64,000 nt of DNA from Lepidodermella squamata (lineage: Eukaryota > Animalia > Gastrotricha), in the NCBI GenBank assembly GCA_047495785.1, contig JBLDXI010000020.1, positions 2,294,001 to 2,358,000 on the forward strand, in the 5' to 3' direction. The notes under the pieces are model-generated. The model made no database searches and had not been told where the DNA came from. It saw only the letters and a program-made list of their open reading frames with translations. Below are positions 25,508 to 38,482 of the stretch, in pieces; the stretch's first letter is position 1; every line of letters begins with the position of its first letter. Both the position numbers and the translations under genes were made by a program.

Positions 25508-26221
25508 GAAAAAATTGAAAAATAGCCACCGCAATCACCGTCAAGCAGATTATGCCACGCGCTTTTGTTCTGCCTCGTTTATTCTTTTATGAAGCAAAAT
25601 TTGGCCCTCAATCGATTGGAAGTATCCGGTTATCTCGAAAGTTCCACCCTAAAGTCGTTAGATAATCAACTAATCCATCCTCAATAATTCCACCAATTAC
25701 CTGTCTCGATTTGGAGTCCAGAAAATCAATTTGTTACAGAAAATTCCAGGTAGCAGGTTCCTGTCCAGCGGTCGTCCGAATCCTCCTTAAATTTTTGACA
25801 AGTTTTTGCGTACAAGAGGCGTGTCGTTGTTCTGCGTGCGAATGTAAGATTTTGGCGTTTTTTACCATCGAGTTCCTGAACGTCGACAACTAACCGACCA
25901 AGTCGTGTGGCGATCTGCATAATATCAATAATAATAATTTGGTAGAACGAAAAAATACCGGCTGCGATGATCGAACTTTAGTCTTCTTTCTGCTTAACCA
26001 CCTGTTCCCCGTATATGTTGTACAGTGCGTGTTTTAAATCATCGAGCCATCGGTATTTACGTTCATCTTTGCGTTTTACTACGTTATGCCTAACTATAAT
26101 TATTATAATTAATATCGACAATTCATTTTGGAGATGATGATATAAACAGTTTTCGGTAAATAAAAGACTGAATTCGCTACATTGAGGTGTCTCGTTTTTT
26201 CTAGAGTGATAATTTTGGATT

Positions 26222-29200
26222 ATGGAAGTTGTTAGCGGAAAACGACCTAGCAGTGCTTCGCCAGATGAAGACGCTGAAAATTACCCTGTGGCAGAAGAAA
26301 AGAAGAGGCCACGGCCCGTTGACCGGGCTCCTCTGTGTAAGTTAGGCGGAAATGAAAATAAAATGCAATTTGAAAATTTACTTTCCAAAATTTAGCCAAT
26401 CAAGCTAATTACATGACGGTGTCCGTTCCTGATGACGGCAGAAGAACGCGTATTAGCGTCCGTAGCGTGGATAATTTTCGTGAAGATCGCTATGCGGAGG
26501 AGAATTTTCTGGTCTGGACGTGTTCGAAATCCTGGCGTGATTTGAAAGATGTTGCTACAAGTCTGGTAATTACTTATGGGTCTTAAATTTACTGGAACAA
26601 AATTTGACAGGAAGCGGAACTAAATTATGAATAATTCGCCCTAAAATTCCTTTGAAAAATTTCCGAACATTTATGATTATTCATTTAACCCTACGAGGAC
26701 TGAAATCTGGGCTCACATTCTAAGCTGAAGGGGCAAATTCCAACCCCAAAAACTAGGAAAGAAAACCCAGAGCAACGGCATATTATTTATGGGTTATTGT
26801 TGTTTTTAGAACATTATGAGGTAAAACTACGATGGCCAACAATTTTTTTGATTATTATTTTTAAATGCTCAAAAAGGGTAAAATCGTAAGGGTAAAAAGG
26901 GTAATGGGCAACAAAGGATGTCCCGATGTTCTTGACTAGTAAACTCGCTGCAAATGAATCACCGAATGACTTAATTTCGGTCCATTTTTCATGGGCAGAG
27001 GGATTATCGCCCGTTCTTGGGCCATCAACTTCGGCAAGTCGCGGCTTCTTGGCGAGCATTTTGATGCAATTCAGGTAAGTAATACAGGTTCGCGGATTGC
27101 TCTTGTTTGACCAACGTACATCAACAAGCAAAGAAAGGCCATCATTTCGGTTTCGTCGGTTGAAGTGTGATCGCCTCCGATCGTATTGCTGTTCGTTCGC
27201 GAAACAATCGATTCATCGGTGGCGATCACACTTCAACCGACGAAACCGAAATGATGGCCTTTCTTTGCTTGTTGACGTCGTATCCGGTCCGCTAACCGAG
27301 TTCCACATCGCGAAAGGCCGCCAAGCATCAACTAAACAGACGCCTCTTAGAGGACAAGCAACTCGATCTGATGCCTTTTGCGTAGGAAACGTAGCCCGAA
27401 AGCCGACTCATGGGCCGACCGTCGGCGGTAATGAGTAGTCGGCTTCGGCCTGCGTTTAGTTCCACGAGGCGCCGGTTTAGTTGAAGCTTGACGGCTTTTC
27501 GCGAAGAGGAACTCGGGTAGCGGGCCGTTGATAGCAGCTTGCCCGTCTCTAGGATCGTCTTCGCTGTCGCAATCCGAACCTGTCCCGGTGTCGGTACTAT
27601 CCATCTCGGCGTTTTCGTCGTTTGAGTATTCGATCCGAGTCAGATCCGGACATCTTGAAGTCCAGAAATCGGATGCAATCTAGTAGCCGTGTAAACCAAT
27701 CCCGTAGGGACATTTGTAATTGGTAACATTTGGTCAACTTGATGGATAACATTTTCGGTAAATTAGTAAAACTGTTAGAGTGGTGATTTCGGCATGACTT
27801 TGCCGCACATTCATCGTTCTGGTAACCCAGTAGATGTCGCTGCTGAATGGTTAACGTAATTATTGAGCAATTTCCAATACTATCCATAATAAACGCATTG
27901 AAAATTATGGGGTCGGGTTTAGCCCCTTCAGCTAGAAACGTGACTAAAAATTAAGACTCAATTTGTGAGAAAATTATCAGCGGTAGATAAATGACATTTT
28001 GCAGAATTCTTTCTCATGTCCTAACCTCCCTAGTCCCTAGATCTGAAAGGAATTGGCTGAAATCGATAAGGTTGCTGAACCGTTACAGAAAAACGCGTTT
28101 TTCTCTCCTGGTTACTCCAATTAGTCCTCGTAGGGTTAACTCCTAGTCAATTACGATGAATTTAAGTTTGATCAATCGATTCAGTGGACTTCGGACAGCG
28201 AAAAAAGTAATTAACTTTGAATGTTTCAATTTGTACCACAAATACTGTAAACCATCCCATATTGGCAATTGCAAACGTTTTGTTGGCAAATTTTAACGAT
28301 TTTGGATGAGTTTTAGACGTAAAAAGCAATTTATGAGTCATCTGACAGGCTTAGTCTTAACGCTATGGAGACTCCACTCAAGGAAAATGCTGTTAACGCT
28401 AACACGAAAACCCATAAAATTAATAAGTGGTCTTTTATATAATTAGCAATCCGTTTTGTGAAGGTCTATTTCAGAAGTCGCAAAATTTGCAGTTTGAGAT
28501 CGACAGGTATATGACTGAGAAAAACAGTCAACAGTTCTCTCTGGAACTCGGGTTGCATAAACCTGTTGCGATTTTCCGCCTCGCAGTTGACTTTCATAAC
28601 GCCGATGAAGTCTCGGTGAGGGTGAGCTAGGCCACCTCGAGAGCGAGTGAATAAAGTCCGGAATGCTGGTCAAATTCCAACCGGCTGGCTCCTGCTCCAG
28701 CCGAGTTTTCGAGTGATTTAACCAGCAACATATCGGAACGATTTCGGGTTATGGATGAGTTTTCCCGGCACACCCTTAGACAATATGTGATTGTGCTGCT
28801 TCTTCTGCTTGTTTCGCCGAATCGTAATGAACCGTGATTTTTCTGATCATGCGAAATTCCGTCTCGATGTCCGAGTCGTAGGCATGTTGTACTAGCGCCC
28901 ATTTCCATTCTGCGCCGCCAGGAATGTTGAAGCCGTCTTGAATCAGGCCATTGCGAACACACTGGGACAAAAATACGTATTGTAATTAAATTCAACAAAA
29001 TTCTCTAAAAGCTAAAATTGTTGAAAAAATATGCACTCGCAGTTCTCAACAGTCGCCGCACGGGGCGGAAACAGCTTCACGAACAACAGCGAGAGCATCA
29101 GCATTCGGTTTCACCGGGCCGCCGCGGCTCAGAAAGCCGTCAGGTTGATTGTTGTCGGGTTTCAGGTTAAAATTCCGGGTGATGTAGCCTGCAATGTGGG

Positions 29201-32200
29201 CATTCGACCTTTTATCGTTGTTCAAGTCGACCGTTAAAGCGACTCGAAACAACGAGGTAGTAGTCACGAGGTTTTTCAACCGCCGCGCTGTAGAAAATGT
29301 CAGCGACTTGATCCGATGGCGCTTAACGTTGGCACCCTTCAAAAACCGAAATAGGCCCAAATATCGAATATCGAAGAACATATATTTCTTGAAGCAGTCG
29401 AGTCATTGAGGTTGAACTTGCTAATTTCCAGCGCCACGCCCAGGCTTAAACTCAACTCAGCAGAGCCCGGCCATGGTTTCGCGGCGAAGGCTGCCCGAAT
29501 TTTTAGCGAATTGTTGCGCCATTGACGAGGTTCGTCGGGTTGAATTTTTTGTACATTCGATGTTTTAAACTCGAATCCGAGCGCCTTCGTTTACGGCAAC
29601 TTCGTCGATATCGACGCCGGAAAAACGAAATGGGCGCGGGTTTTCTTTGATTTCTTCGATAAGAGTAGTCATGGTTGATTGATGCAACCCAGCCGCATAT
29701 TTGAACGGCACCTCCTGTTGCAAAGTGGTTGTTGATTCGTTGCTTTTAGTGACTCAGGCGTGTCAAATTTGGTGATTTTTATTCAAGTATTCGGGCTTGT
29801 TAGGGCTTGTAGTTGCTGGCAGACCTGATCTTCTGTCCCTACGCCGAGGTGAAAGAAACACGGTCGAGGCTGTGAAAGACTCAAAGTTTTGAGGCTTAAA
29901 CCTCATGCATACATACATGCGTTATTATAAATTAATGTTAATTAGATTTTACTTGAACATTTAATTATGATACGTATTTAAATTGAATTTTCATAATTTT
30001 TTTCCTTATTTAGGTTGCGAAATCTGACCAAACCCCGAAGGCTCAGAGCACTCAAAGCATCATGAGTAGAGCTGCTGTGAACACGGAATTATGGCTGCGA
30101 AAGTACGCCCCTTGTTCCTACATGGACCTAGTCAGCGACGAAGCTACTAATCGCATTGTCCTCCAATGGTTAGCACCCTTGAAATTGTTTCATTTCATCT
30201 CTTAATTACAATTATTTCACGTTTTTAGGCTTCGCTTGTGGGATAAAGGAGTTTTCGGTAAAGAAAAGAAATCGAGGCTGAGTTTTTCAGGGCGAAACGA
30301 TCGAAATGACCAACAGCAGCAGCAACAACAACAGCCGTACCAACATCAGCAAAACCAGGGTGGGCAGTTCAACAAATGGCAAAATCGGAACCCGAACAAC
30401 AATTTTAAGCCGAACAACAATTTCAAGCCGAAAAACACGATTGTGACGCCAATGATGGATCAAACTGAAACTTGGCCAGCTCAACGAATTCTGCTGTTAA
30501 CCGGCCCGCCGGGTCTAGGCAAAACCACCCTAGCCCACATTGCAGCTAGGCATTGCGGTTATGAAATGATTGAAGTCAACGCGAGTGACGACCGATCTGC
30601 CGCTGTTTTCCGCGATTATTTAGAGTCGGTCGTCGAAACCCGGGGCATGTTGAACGTCGCTAGGGACGGCGATGGGAAACCGGTTTCGAAGCCGAAACCC
30701 GCCTGTCTGGTGCTGGACGAAATTGACGGAGCACCGCAAGCTGCAGTCGATGTTTTGATTAGTTACGTAACCGGCGGCGGTGCCGCCGATGATTCATCGA
30801 AAAAATCGAAGAAAAAAGGCGGAAAAAATAGTCATGAATTACGCCGGCCTGTCATCTGCATTTGCAACGATCAATACGCGACTGCGTTGCGTAATTTAAG
30901 GCGGCACTGTTTCGTCGTATCTTGCCTGCCCCCACCGCCGGAGCGTCTCGTGTTCCGCGTTGGAGATATCGCTAGGAAGGAGAAAATGGAAATTGAATCT
31001 AAGGCGGTTAATCAAATCGTCGAATGCGCCCATGGTGATATTCGCGTCTGCATCAACATTTTACAGACCCTGAAAGTCGCGTGTTCGAACCCGGGTCAAA
31101 ATGCTGATTTGGCGACCACGCAACGCCGCCAGCAGCGTGACGTGACCAGGGTGACTAATGACCAAATTGCGAAATTGCCGAAAATGGGGTTTAATAAGGA
31201 CGTTGAAAAATCAATGTTCGACTGTATTCAAACAATTTTCAAACAACAACCTGCCACAGCCCGTACGAGCCGGTATGACTTGATTCAAAGCTCAGTTTCG
31301 ATGAACACCGACCACGAGTTGTTGGTGAATGGAATTTTCGAGAATTACCTCAACACCAGGGTCCGCGATGATTTTTTGATCGCAGCCTCGCAAATGGCTG
31401 ATTGGATGGCCTTTGCCGATACGATTCAAAGCTCGGCTATGTCGATAGCCGGCGCGGAAATTGGCTATGCTATGACTTATACTACGACGCCCTTGATCTC
31501 AACCGCCTGCCATTTGATGTTCGCCATGCCGCAGCCTGGTCGTTTGGCGTTTCCGAAGACCAGTATGGACATGCGCCAGTTGATTAGTCAGCGGAATAAC
31601 CAGTTGACGGGCTTTTTGGCGGGTATGACGCCCGGCGAGCGGGTTTTCTTCTCCTCGCCGCTGTCGATTGTTTTCGATTTGCTGCCGTCTCTGCTTGATA
31701 TCATTCAACCGACGCTGCGACCAGTTTCCGCGCAGCTGTTCAGCGCGGCTGAGAAGATGGAAATCGGGCGTGTTGCTGAGGTTCTAGCATCGCTTGGGTT
31801 GACCTTTGTTCAGAGGTTGAATATCCAATCGGAGCAAAATCAGTGGCAATCTCGTGGTGCATCACTTGGCTTCTACCTTGAGCCGTGAGTTGAAATAAGT
31901 TTTTTTTTCCATAAAATCGCATTTTTGCGAAATTTCTTTACTACAAAAATAATTGTTCTTATTGTGGAGGAGACCGAATGTTGATTAAGAAGTCGTTTGA
32001 GTTCAGAGAGGCAGTGAGCGAACAACCGAGAAATTCGAGTAAGCCCAGCTAATTTTTACCCGATTCATGACTTTTAATCAGTCATTTTCGAGTCGTAGTC
32101 TTCTCGAGGAATCGCGTAGTCATAAGCCGCCGCAGTTTTAACCCTCGATTTATGCAAACCACTGCCATGGGGCCCGTTGTTGCTAACCCGCTCGAAACGC

Positions 32201-35200
32201 TCGGAAAACTAAACACGGTATTTATGTCTAATAATAAAAATCAATCAATTACTCACGATTTTCCCTGAGACATGATAACTTGCATGATCTCTTTCGCAGT
32301 CATTAAAGTGGAGCTTCTGATTGTCGTAGAGAACGAAGTGATAGTAGAGAATACTCGCTTATTCGCTAAGCTAGCGCTAAAGATTACTCAAAATTTGTTT
32401 AATAATTTTTGAGCTGGACTTTTTTAAATCGGTTTCCATGTGAACATGAGGTATTTTTCATAAATTTTCACGTTATGCCAGTGGGTATTGTCCAAATCTA
32501 ACGCCACTTCGAACATTTGCCCATTAATACGAAAAGATGTTATAGAAAAAAATGCATTGAGCAGCGAGGAAAATTGACACAGCTAGGGCTATGTGAAATA
32601 GGCCTTCCTTGTTGTACTTCAATGAGGCTTTAAAGGCCGAAATTCACTACTAGGGTGAGCATTATCATTTCAAAATTGGAAAATTCGGGCTCCTCAGCTT
32701 TGATAAATCGTATGACTACCGTACTGCCCGAAAAAAAAGCCAGCCTCGAATAAATGGCAGCCTCAAATAAATGTCAGAGGTTAGAGGTCGTTCAAAATAA
32801 TAAGTGTCAGGCCCGAAATAAATGTCAGGTCAATGGCAGGGACTATACTGAGGATCACTATTGAGGTCATTGTAGCCATTCTGAATGGAGATAATTTCTA
32901 CTCTTGGCACATAGAAAGGTCAGGGACCACTTTTTTGGGTCTAAATACGTAGAATCTCAGGAAAATGGATGCCATTTTGGTACCTAGGCAAGTTACTAGT
33001 TGGTTCGAATAAATAAATGTCAGGCCCTTTTAAATGTCAGGGGTTCATCAGCGTTTGAAAAAAACAAATGTCATGGTTTTTGTTCCGGGCAGTACGGTAT
33101 TCATTCCAAATTTGTGGACCTTTTGTCAATTATCATTCAATCTATCAATCAATTTATTTGCAAACTTCGTTCACAGGACTAGAAGGGCACGCAGGCCTCT
33201 TACACTAACCCGAGGCAATAAGATTTCCTTTACAATATTTCTTCAGATTTAGTGAAAAAATAACAAAGTACCGTATTTTACGAATTATAAGACCCTGCCC
33301 TGTATTTTTTTCAAACGAGGTTCAAGTCCTGCCCTGTATTTAAGGTCTGCCCTGTATTTCGGCTCTGCCCTTTAATTTTTTCGAACCTAATCAGCCACCT
33401 GAAGAGTACCTAGATCAACAGTGAAAACCGCCGAATAACCACTATAGCTACTGCCTTCCACCTGTGACTACACACGTGAAGTGTTTGCTCAAGTGGATTA
33501 AGGTAGATGAAGGACGATTATTGCACTTACCGATGAAAAATCGCAACCTATCCAACTTTAACCACTTACCCAGCAGGCGCTCATATAATCCACTTCATAT
33601 AAGGCCCTGCCTATTAATACGGTTCTGCCCTATATTTGGGTCCTGCCTAATAATTCGTAAAATACGGTAAATACTATCCTATTAGCCCTAATTTATTACC
33701 TATATCCTATACGGCTGCTTTTTTAATTAGTTGAGCAAGTCGAGGCTATACGGTTTATAGAGCAACAGCTGGCCGAAAATTCCTTGAAGCGCCAAGTGAA
33801 GCGGTTTACCCAAGACATTTTTTTAGCGAAAGTTAGTTAAAAAAGCTGACACAAAACGCGGAATATTAAATATTAAAGGTGCCATTTCTGGTATAAATGT
33901 CTATACTTAATCATGACCACGAGCGATGGTCATGCCTCATACTGAAAATCAAGGAGAACCTTACTATCATTTATTTCGCTCTTTTTCGCATTTTCGGCCA
34001 AATGGTTTCTCGAAATTAGGTTTCGCAATTTTGGCCGTAGATGTCTTTCTTGAACAAGAATATTGAAAAATTACTCGTACAAATCGTGAAATTGTGTCGC
34101 TCTCATTATTGCATCTTTACGCGGTTTCAAAACTTGCCCTATTAGAATTTTACTTTTCCTTGAGCATCTTCCCCAAGAACCTGCCGAATACTCAACTTTA
34201 CCGAATTGTTCCGCTCTTGCCTGCTCTTCACCCTCTTAGAGATTGGGCAGAAATTTACCAAATTCCGCGCCAGTCGGTGTAATTCCTTTTCTTTTGTGAT
34301 CTCATCTGAAAACCTAACAATATGAAATTTCCATAACATGACTACACAAAATACCCCCTAAGGCTATTTCAATTTCTGAAATGTTTGTTTGATATTTTTT
34401 TCTTAAGTTATAACATTAGTAAATCGTTTATATCTGAACTCGCCGTACTCGTTACTTATCGCAACTCGCCTCCGGCTCGTTCCGATTCGTAAATCTTGGA
34501 CGGCTCCGTTCAGATATAAACTTTTTACTCATGTCATACCATACAAATATAAACTCTTTTACAAAATTCGTCAAATTAGAAGGATAGTTCGCTGTTTCTT
34601 GGAAGAAATTCCTATCGATAGCCGATCGCGCAATTCGTCAATGGCCAACAGATCATGCCAAACAGAAGATACCCATTGGTGCTATCAGCGTTCGAAAAAT
34701 CGCAAATTTTACCCACAAAAACAATGCAATTTGAAAAATTCAAATTTCGAAAAAGTTAGGTTTGAGTTTTTCATTTCAAATTAAGAATTTATAGCGGTTC
34801 AAAGCCAGGTCGCGAGTGTTCTCTGTGTGTGTGTGTGTGTGTGTGTCTCAATTGTGATCGAAAATTGAGCCCAATTCACCCAAACTTTGACGCGTGATAT
34901 CCGGATTTTTTTTCCGAACTCGAAAATTAGAGAAAAAATTGGGAAAAACATGATCCGTAGCATTTCATTATATTTTGGGTCTTCCTGTTAGCGGAACCAA
35001 ATTTGCTGTATCGGAACCAAATATGCTGTAGCGGAACCAAATATGCTGTTAGCGGAACCAAATTTTAGAATTTTCTAGTGGCCTGAAATCGCTTTTCGGA
35101 TATTTATTGCATGTCAAAATTGGTCCCAATAATTCTAGAAAATTCACCAGTGAATTCAGCGCAACATCCTCTATAAGACGCAGTGTTCAATTCAGAATTC

Positions 35201-38186
35201 ATGCTTAGCCTAAAACTCTTAGAAATATTCAAAAAATGACTCTTGGCATATTTCGAGTTTGGTTCCGCAAAAAGCAAATTTGGTTCCGCTACAGCAAATT
35301 TGGTTCCGATACAGCAAATTTGGTTCCGCTCACTGTAAATTTGGTTCCGCTAAAAGATATTCCCTTATATTTTTGAGTAATTATTTCGATACATTTTTGC
35401 CATATTTTTGTGATGGTTTTACACAAAATAATAGATACAGAAATCGTGATTTTTTCATATTTATTTTAATTAATTCCAAATCGTGACCATTCCATACGCA
35501 AATGACTAATCACTACTGATTCTTAGAAAATGGCCTGAGCGCTAAATTTTCGCAAATTAGTTTTCTTCGGAGGAGTCAACATCATCATCATGAGCTATCG
35601 TGGCGGCCAGTTTCATCATTTCATCGCGCAGATAGCTGAAAGCTCGAAGATACAGTTCTTGCGATTTGTTGGTCATAAGGATGTAGCAAGCCGGAACAGC
35701 GAACCTATTTTTGACCAAGGTCAGGAACACGAGGAGTTGGTAAAAAATGACCGGAGCGCATTTGAAGGCCCGATCCACAAACGATTGCAATTTTCCTAAT
35801 TGGTAATCGAATTAACGAGCTTCAAGCCATGATCTTCAGCCAGGACAAGAAAGTTAGTTTGACGCGAGATTTCCGGAAGCCAGTAATGGCGATAGTTTGC
35901 CTAAATGAAGGACGGCCAACCTTCGTCGCTAGATCGTTGCCGTTAGCAATTGTTTTAAGACGACGTTCGCCAGTCCATATCCAGGCATGTATCATTAGCA
36001 CATTTGTAGACGTCGGGCTTTTTAAAGCGTTCCTTAGTTGGTAGTGTAAGGTAGAATTGTCGGAGTCTGTTTTTTGGCCATCACCGGAAAACTTTTCCGT
36101 TCTCTTTGATCGTAATTTCACGATTTTTCGCCCCAGATTGATTGTACCAGACAAACTGATTGATTTCATGGCGTTCTAAGGTGCCATTTTCGTATTTTTC
36201 CTGAGAAATTTTCTTCTCAATCAGATGAAAAAAGGTCATTGAGCTACTTATCTACAAGGCGTAATCCAGGGTCAACCGGCTTACGACGTAGTTTTCTGCT
36301 TCTCGGCGTCCAGCATCGTAAGTCGTTTGCCGAACAGGTTGCGCTACAATTTTGCGGCGGCCAAAATAACCGATTTAGGCACCTCCGGCAGCTGCTTCAT
36401 CAGCACCTAGTCCCAGGCATCTCGTTGGCCAGCCCTTGTCACGTGATTCACGACATTAAGGAGCAGATAGTCGGCCGTGGCCGTGAATGGGCGCAGGAAA
36501 AACAAGTTGGAAGAGCCCGATATTTTAAGTCAGATATTTTAAACAATAAATAAATTGTATTTCGATCTCGACAATTCTATTATTTCCTTCTCCTCATCGA
36601 GGTGCCAAGGAATAGCATGGTGGTTGTCGTTATTGATATTTGGATTGGACTGCTCTTAACGCCGAATAGGAATCAGAGCATTATGACAAATATTCTCAAA
36701 TTTTTGGTGGTAAAAAATGACCCAAAGATATTCATTATCGTCGGAGCATTTCTGATCAATTTCTCATTTATATCCTTTACTTTAGGCCCGTTGATTCTCT
36801 GGTAGTGTTTGAAAGGCGCGCGATTCAAAGCGATTTGATACAGCGAGCCAACCCGGAGGAAAACGAACGATCTCAGGCTGCAAATGTTTGGCGCTTGCCG
36901 CAATCCATCCGGCAACTTCTTGCTACCGAGGTGAGTGGATTTTACTTTTTATCTGTCCATCCGGCATCGTCGATTTTTCGAGAGATTGGATTGTTTAGTG
37001 ACACCAAATATTGTCGAAAGCGGAAACAAATTAATAGTCGAAGAATAATTTGCCTAGCATTTTTGATAATTTCCCGCATAATTAAAAAATTCCAAATTCT
37101 AAATATTTACCACATCTTCCCGATTCCCGTGATAAACTGGTTTTATTTTTAGCATTGGAAAATGCGTTTAAATTTTGCAGTGGTCCATTATAAATTCAAT
37201 AGCTTGATGAGTTTGACCAGTCGAACATACAGCGTGTCCCATGAGTTGTGCAACCATTTTTTAATTTTGCGGATTTTTCAAGGAAATCAAACTAATTTAC
37301 TAAAAATTTTTTAAATCAAGCCTAATGGGGGTAATTTTCCATTCTTTATCCGCGATTTTACCGAAGAAATAGAAGATTTACCGGAGAAAACCCTGAAAAC
37401 CCCGATTGTAACTGGTTCGGTAATTTTCGGTTTTTACCTGGTTGGATCAAATTTCTTCGGATTTATTTAATCCCATTCACAAGAGACATACTCGATAACT
37501 ATTCTTATGGCAAAATCGATTTTTCTAAGATTTTTCTGGCAATGAGATATGATTTCCCCTCTCATTTTAGAATTTCTGATCCCTTTTCCGTGCATTTTCT
37601 TGGTTTGCGTTATTATGGGACACGCCATAAGATGCGCCAAATTTGGGATTCAAATCAAAGCCATCGGCTTTTCCGCCCCACCATCGGTTGGAATATCAAT
37701 ATAAAATGGGAAAGCTCAATTCATTTGGAATTGTTTAACTATAGCATGTCATCTCGCTTCGATTAATCTATTTTCACTTCTTAGATTACAATGTACCTTG
37801 CAAGACGTGCTTCGGTGAAATGTGGCCCACTGAACCATGGCCCCAACGACCTGCCACTGCCAAGCGCCAATGATCTGAAAAAAGCCCCCGTAATGAGCTC
37901 CACCGCAATTGCTGAGCAGGAAAAGGCGCACGCTCAGTTCATGAAGCAACTCGACGATGGGCTAAGTCAAGGCGAGCAAAAAGTTCAAACTGCGATCTCT
38001 TCATTTTTCACGCGATCCTCTACTGCTAAGAAGAATAGCAGTAAACAAGCTGGCGGAAACGGTGCTTTCAACGCGCTTTTGCGCTCGCCGCCGAACAGCC
38101 GATCTCGTGATAAGGTGTGGTACCGATTCAACGAAGGCTACAGCAACGCTGTTCGGCGACCGGCTCGAGTCAAGCAATTTCTGTGA
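26222..38186 (+). CDS. CHTF18: Chromosome transmission fidelity protein 18, RFC-like clamp loader (exons ~26222-26336, 26396-26565, 30014-30168, 30229-31883, 36786-36930, 37784-38186)
   Basis: LWLRKYAP, WLRLWD, Walker A GPPGLGKTTLAH, EVNASDDRS, Walker B LVLDEIDG, RRPVICICND, C-terminal VWYRFNEGYSNAVRR. Confidence 0.95.
26689..28135 (-). mobile_element. Internally deleted and rearranged piggyBac element
   Basis: TTAA on both flanks (26685-26688, 28136-28139). TIR CCCTACGAGGACT. Subterminal inverted repeat AGCTGAAGGGGC at ~26724 and ~27920. Transposase-like relic EMMAFLCLLMYVG and an acidic N-terminal fragment on minus. Confidence 0.9.
28430..29720 (-). pseudogene. P-element/THAP9-type transposase relic
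   Basis: GVDIDEVAVNEG (first catalytic D region), QCVRNGL..GF...KW..V..AY.SD...FRMIRKIT (insertion domain), HIAGYI...LSRGG..KP (C-terminal motif). Multiple stops. Confidence 0.7.
32719..33097. mobile_element. pogo/Tc2-type MITE
   Basis: TA-CCGTACTGCCCG ... CGGGCAGTACGG-TA, with internal AATAAATGTCAG repeats. Confidence 0.85.
33271..33667. mobile_element. pogo/Tc2-type MITE, second family
   Basis: TA-CCGTATTTTACGAATTAT ... ATAATTCGTAAAATACGG-TA, with internal CTGCCCT repeats. Confidence 0.85.
34405..34545. repeat. Short foldback element with CTCGCCTCCGGCTCG core
   Basis: Arms GTTTATATCTGAAC and GTTCAGATATAAAC, plus an imperfect outer extension. Confidence 0.55.
34824..34846 (+). repeat. (TG)n microsatellite
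   Basis: About 11 TG units. Confidence 0.9.
34990..35351. repeat. Two inverted arrays of a 20-bp unit (AGCGGAACCAAATTTGCTGT), likely MULE-type terminal arrays
   Basis: 4 copies at 34990-35063 and 5 reverse-complement copies at 35259-35351. Confidence 0.8.
35557..36330 (-). pseudogene. MULE transposase fragment
   Basis: FVDRAFKCAPVIFYQL...PACYILMTNKSQELY, resembling DGTFKxxPxxFYQL...PxxYxLM..K....Y. Confidence 0.7.
37230..37627 (+). mobile_element. Tc1/mariner-type MITE; further copies at 48784-49150 and a reversed fragment at ~50650-50730
   Basis: TA-CAGCGTGTCCC ... GGGACACGCCA-TA. Internal ATCCGCGATTTnACCGAAGAA...GTAACTGGnTCGGTAATT shared with the 48784 copy. Confidence 0.8.
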
Positions 38187-38482
38187 ACATCATCTCATTC
38201 AGCTTTTTTCTTATTAACCGTTTTATCGAGCAATAAAAAAGCATGACGTTGAGTTAACTAAAATATATTTTTATTCCACGTCTGCCAAAGTTCAGTATAA
38301 AAATTTCAATATGAGCATTAGAGAGATGAAAGAGCAGAACCACAACAATCGATCTCAAGAATTGCATCCCTAAAAATAACACTGCGCTTTCCTATACGCT
38401 TAAAAAGAAGACAAACATGTCCCTATGATCCTTATCCTATCTACTCAAAAACGCAGTGGTTGTCCTATCCTATCGTTCGCAA

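Noticed and set aside
25745-25780. tRNA T-arm-like GGTAGCAGGTTCCTGTCC
   Set aside because: There is no TTCRA loop, A box or cloverleaf.
25507-26222. LENG8-CHTF18 as an operon (AATAAA about 40 nt before an acceptor)
   Set aside because: A donor G|GTAAAT at 26156 gives a normal 49-nt 5'UTR intron, and about 600 bp is available for a promoter.
34990-35351. Regularly spaced repeats superficially like CRISPR (also 11533-11682 and 7740-7930)
   Set aside because: They are head-to-tail units without unique spacers, in eukaryotic context with no cas genes, and are better explained as transposon subterminal arrays.
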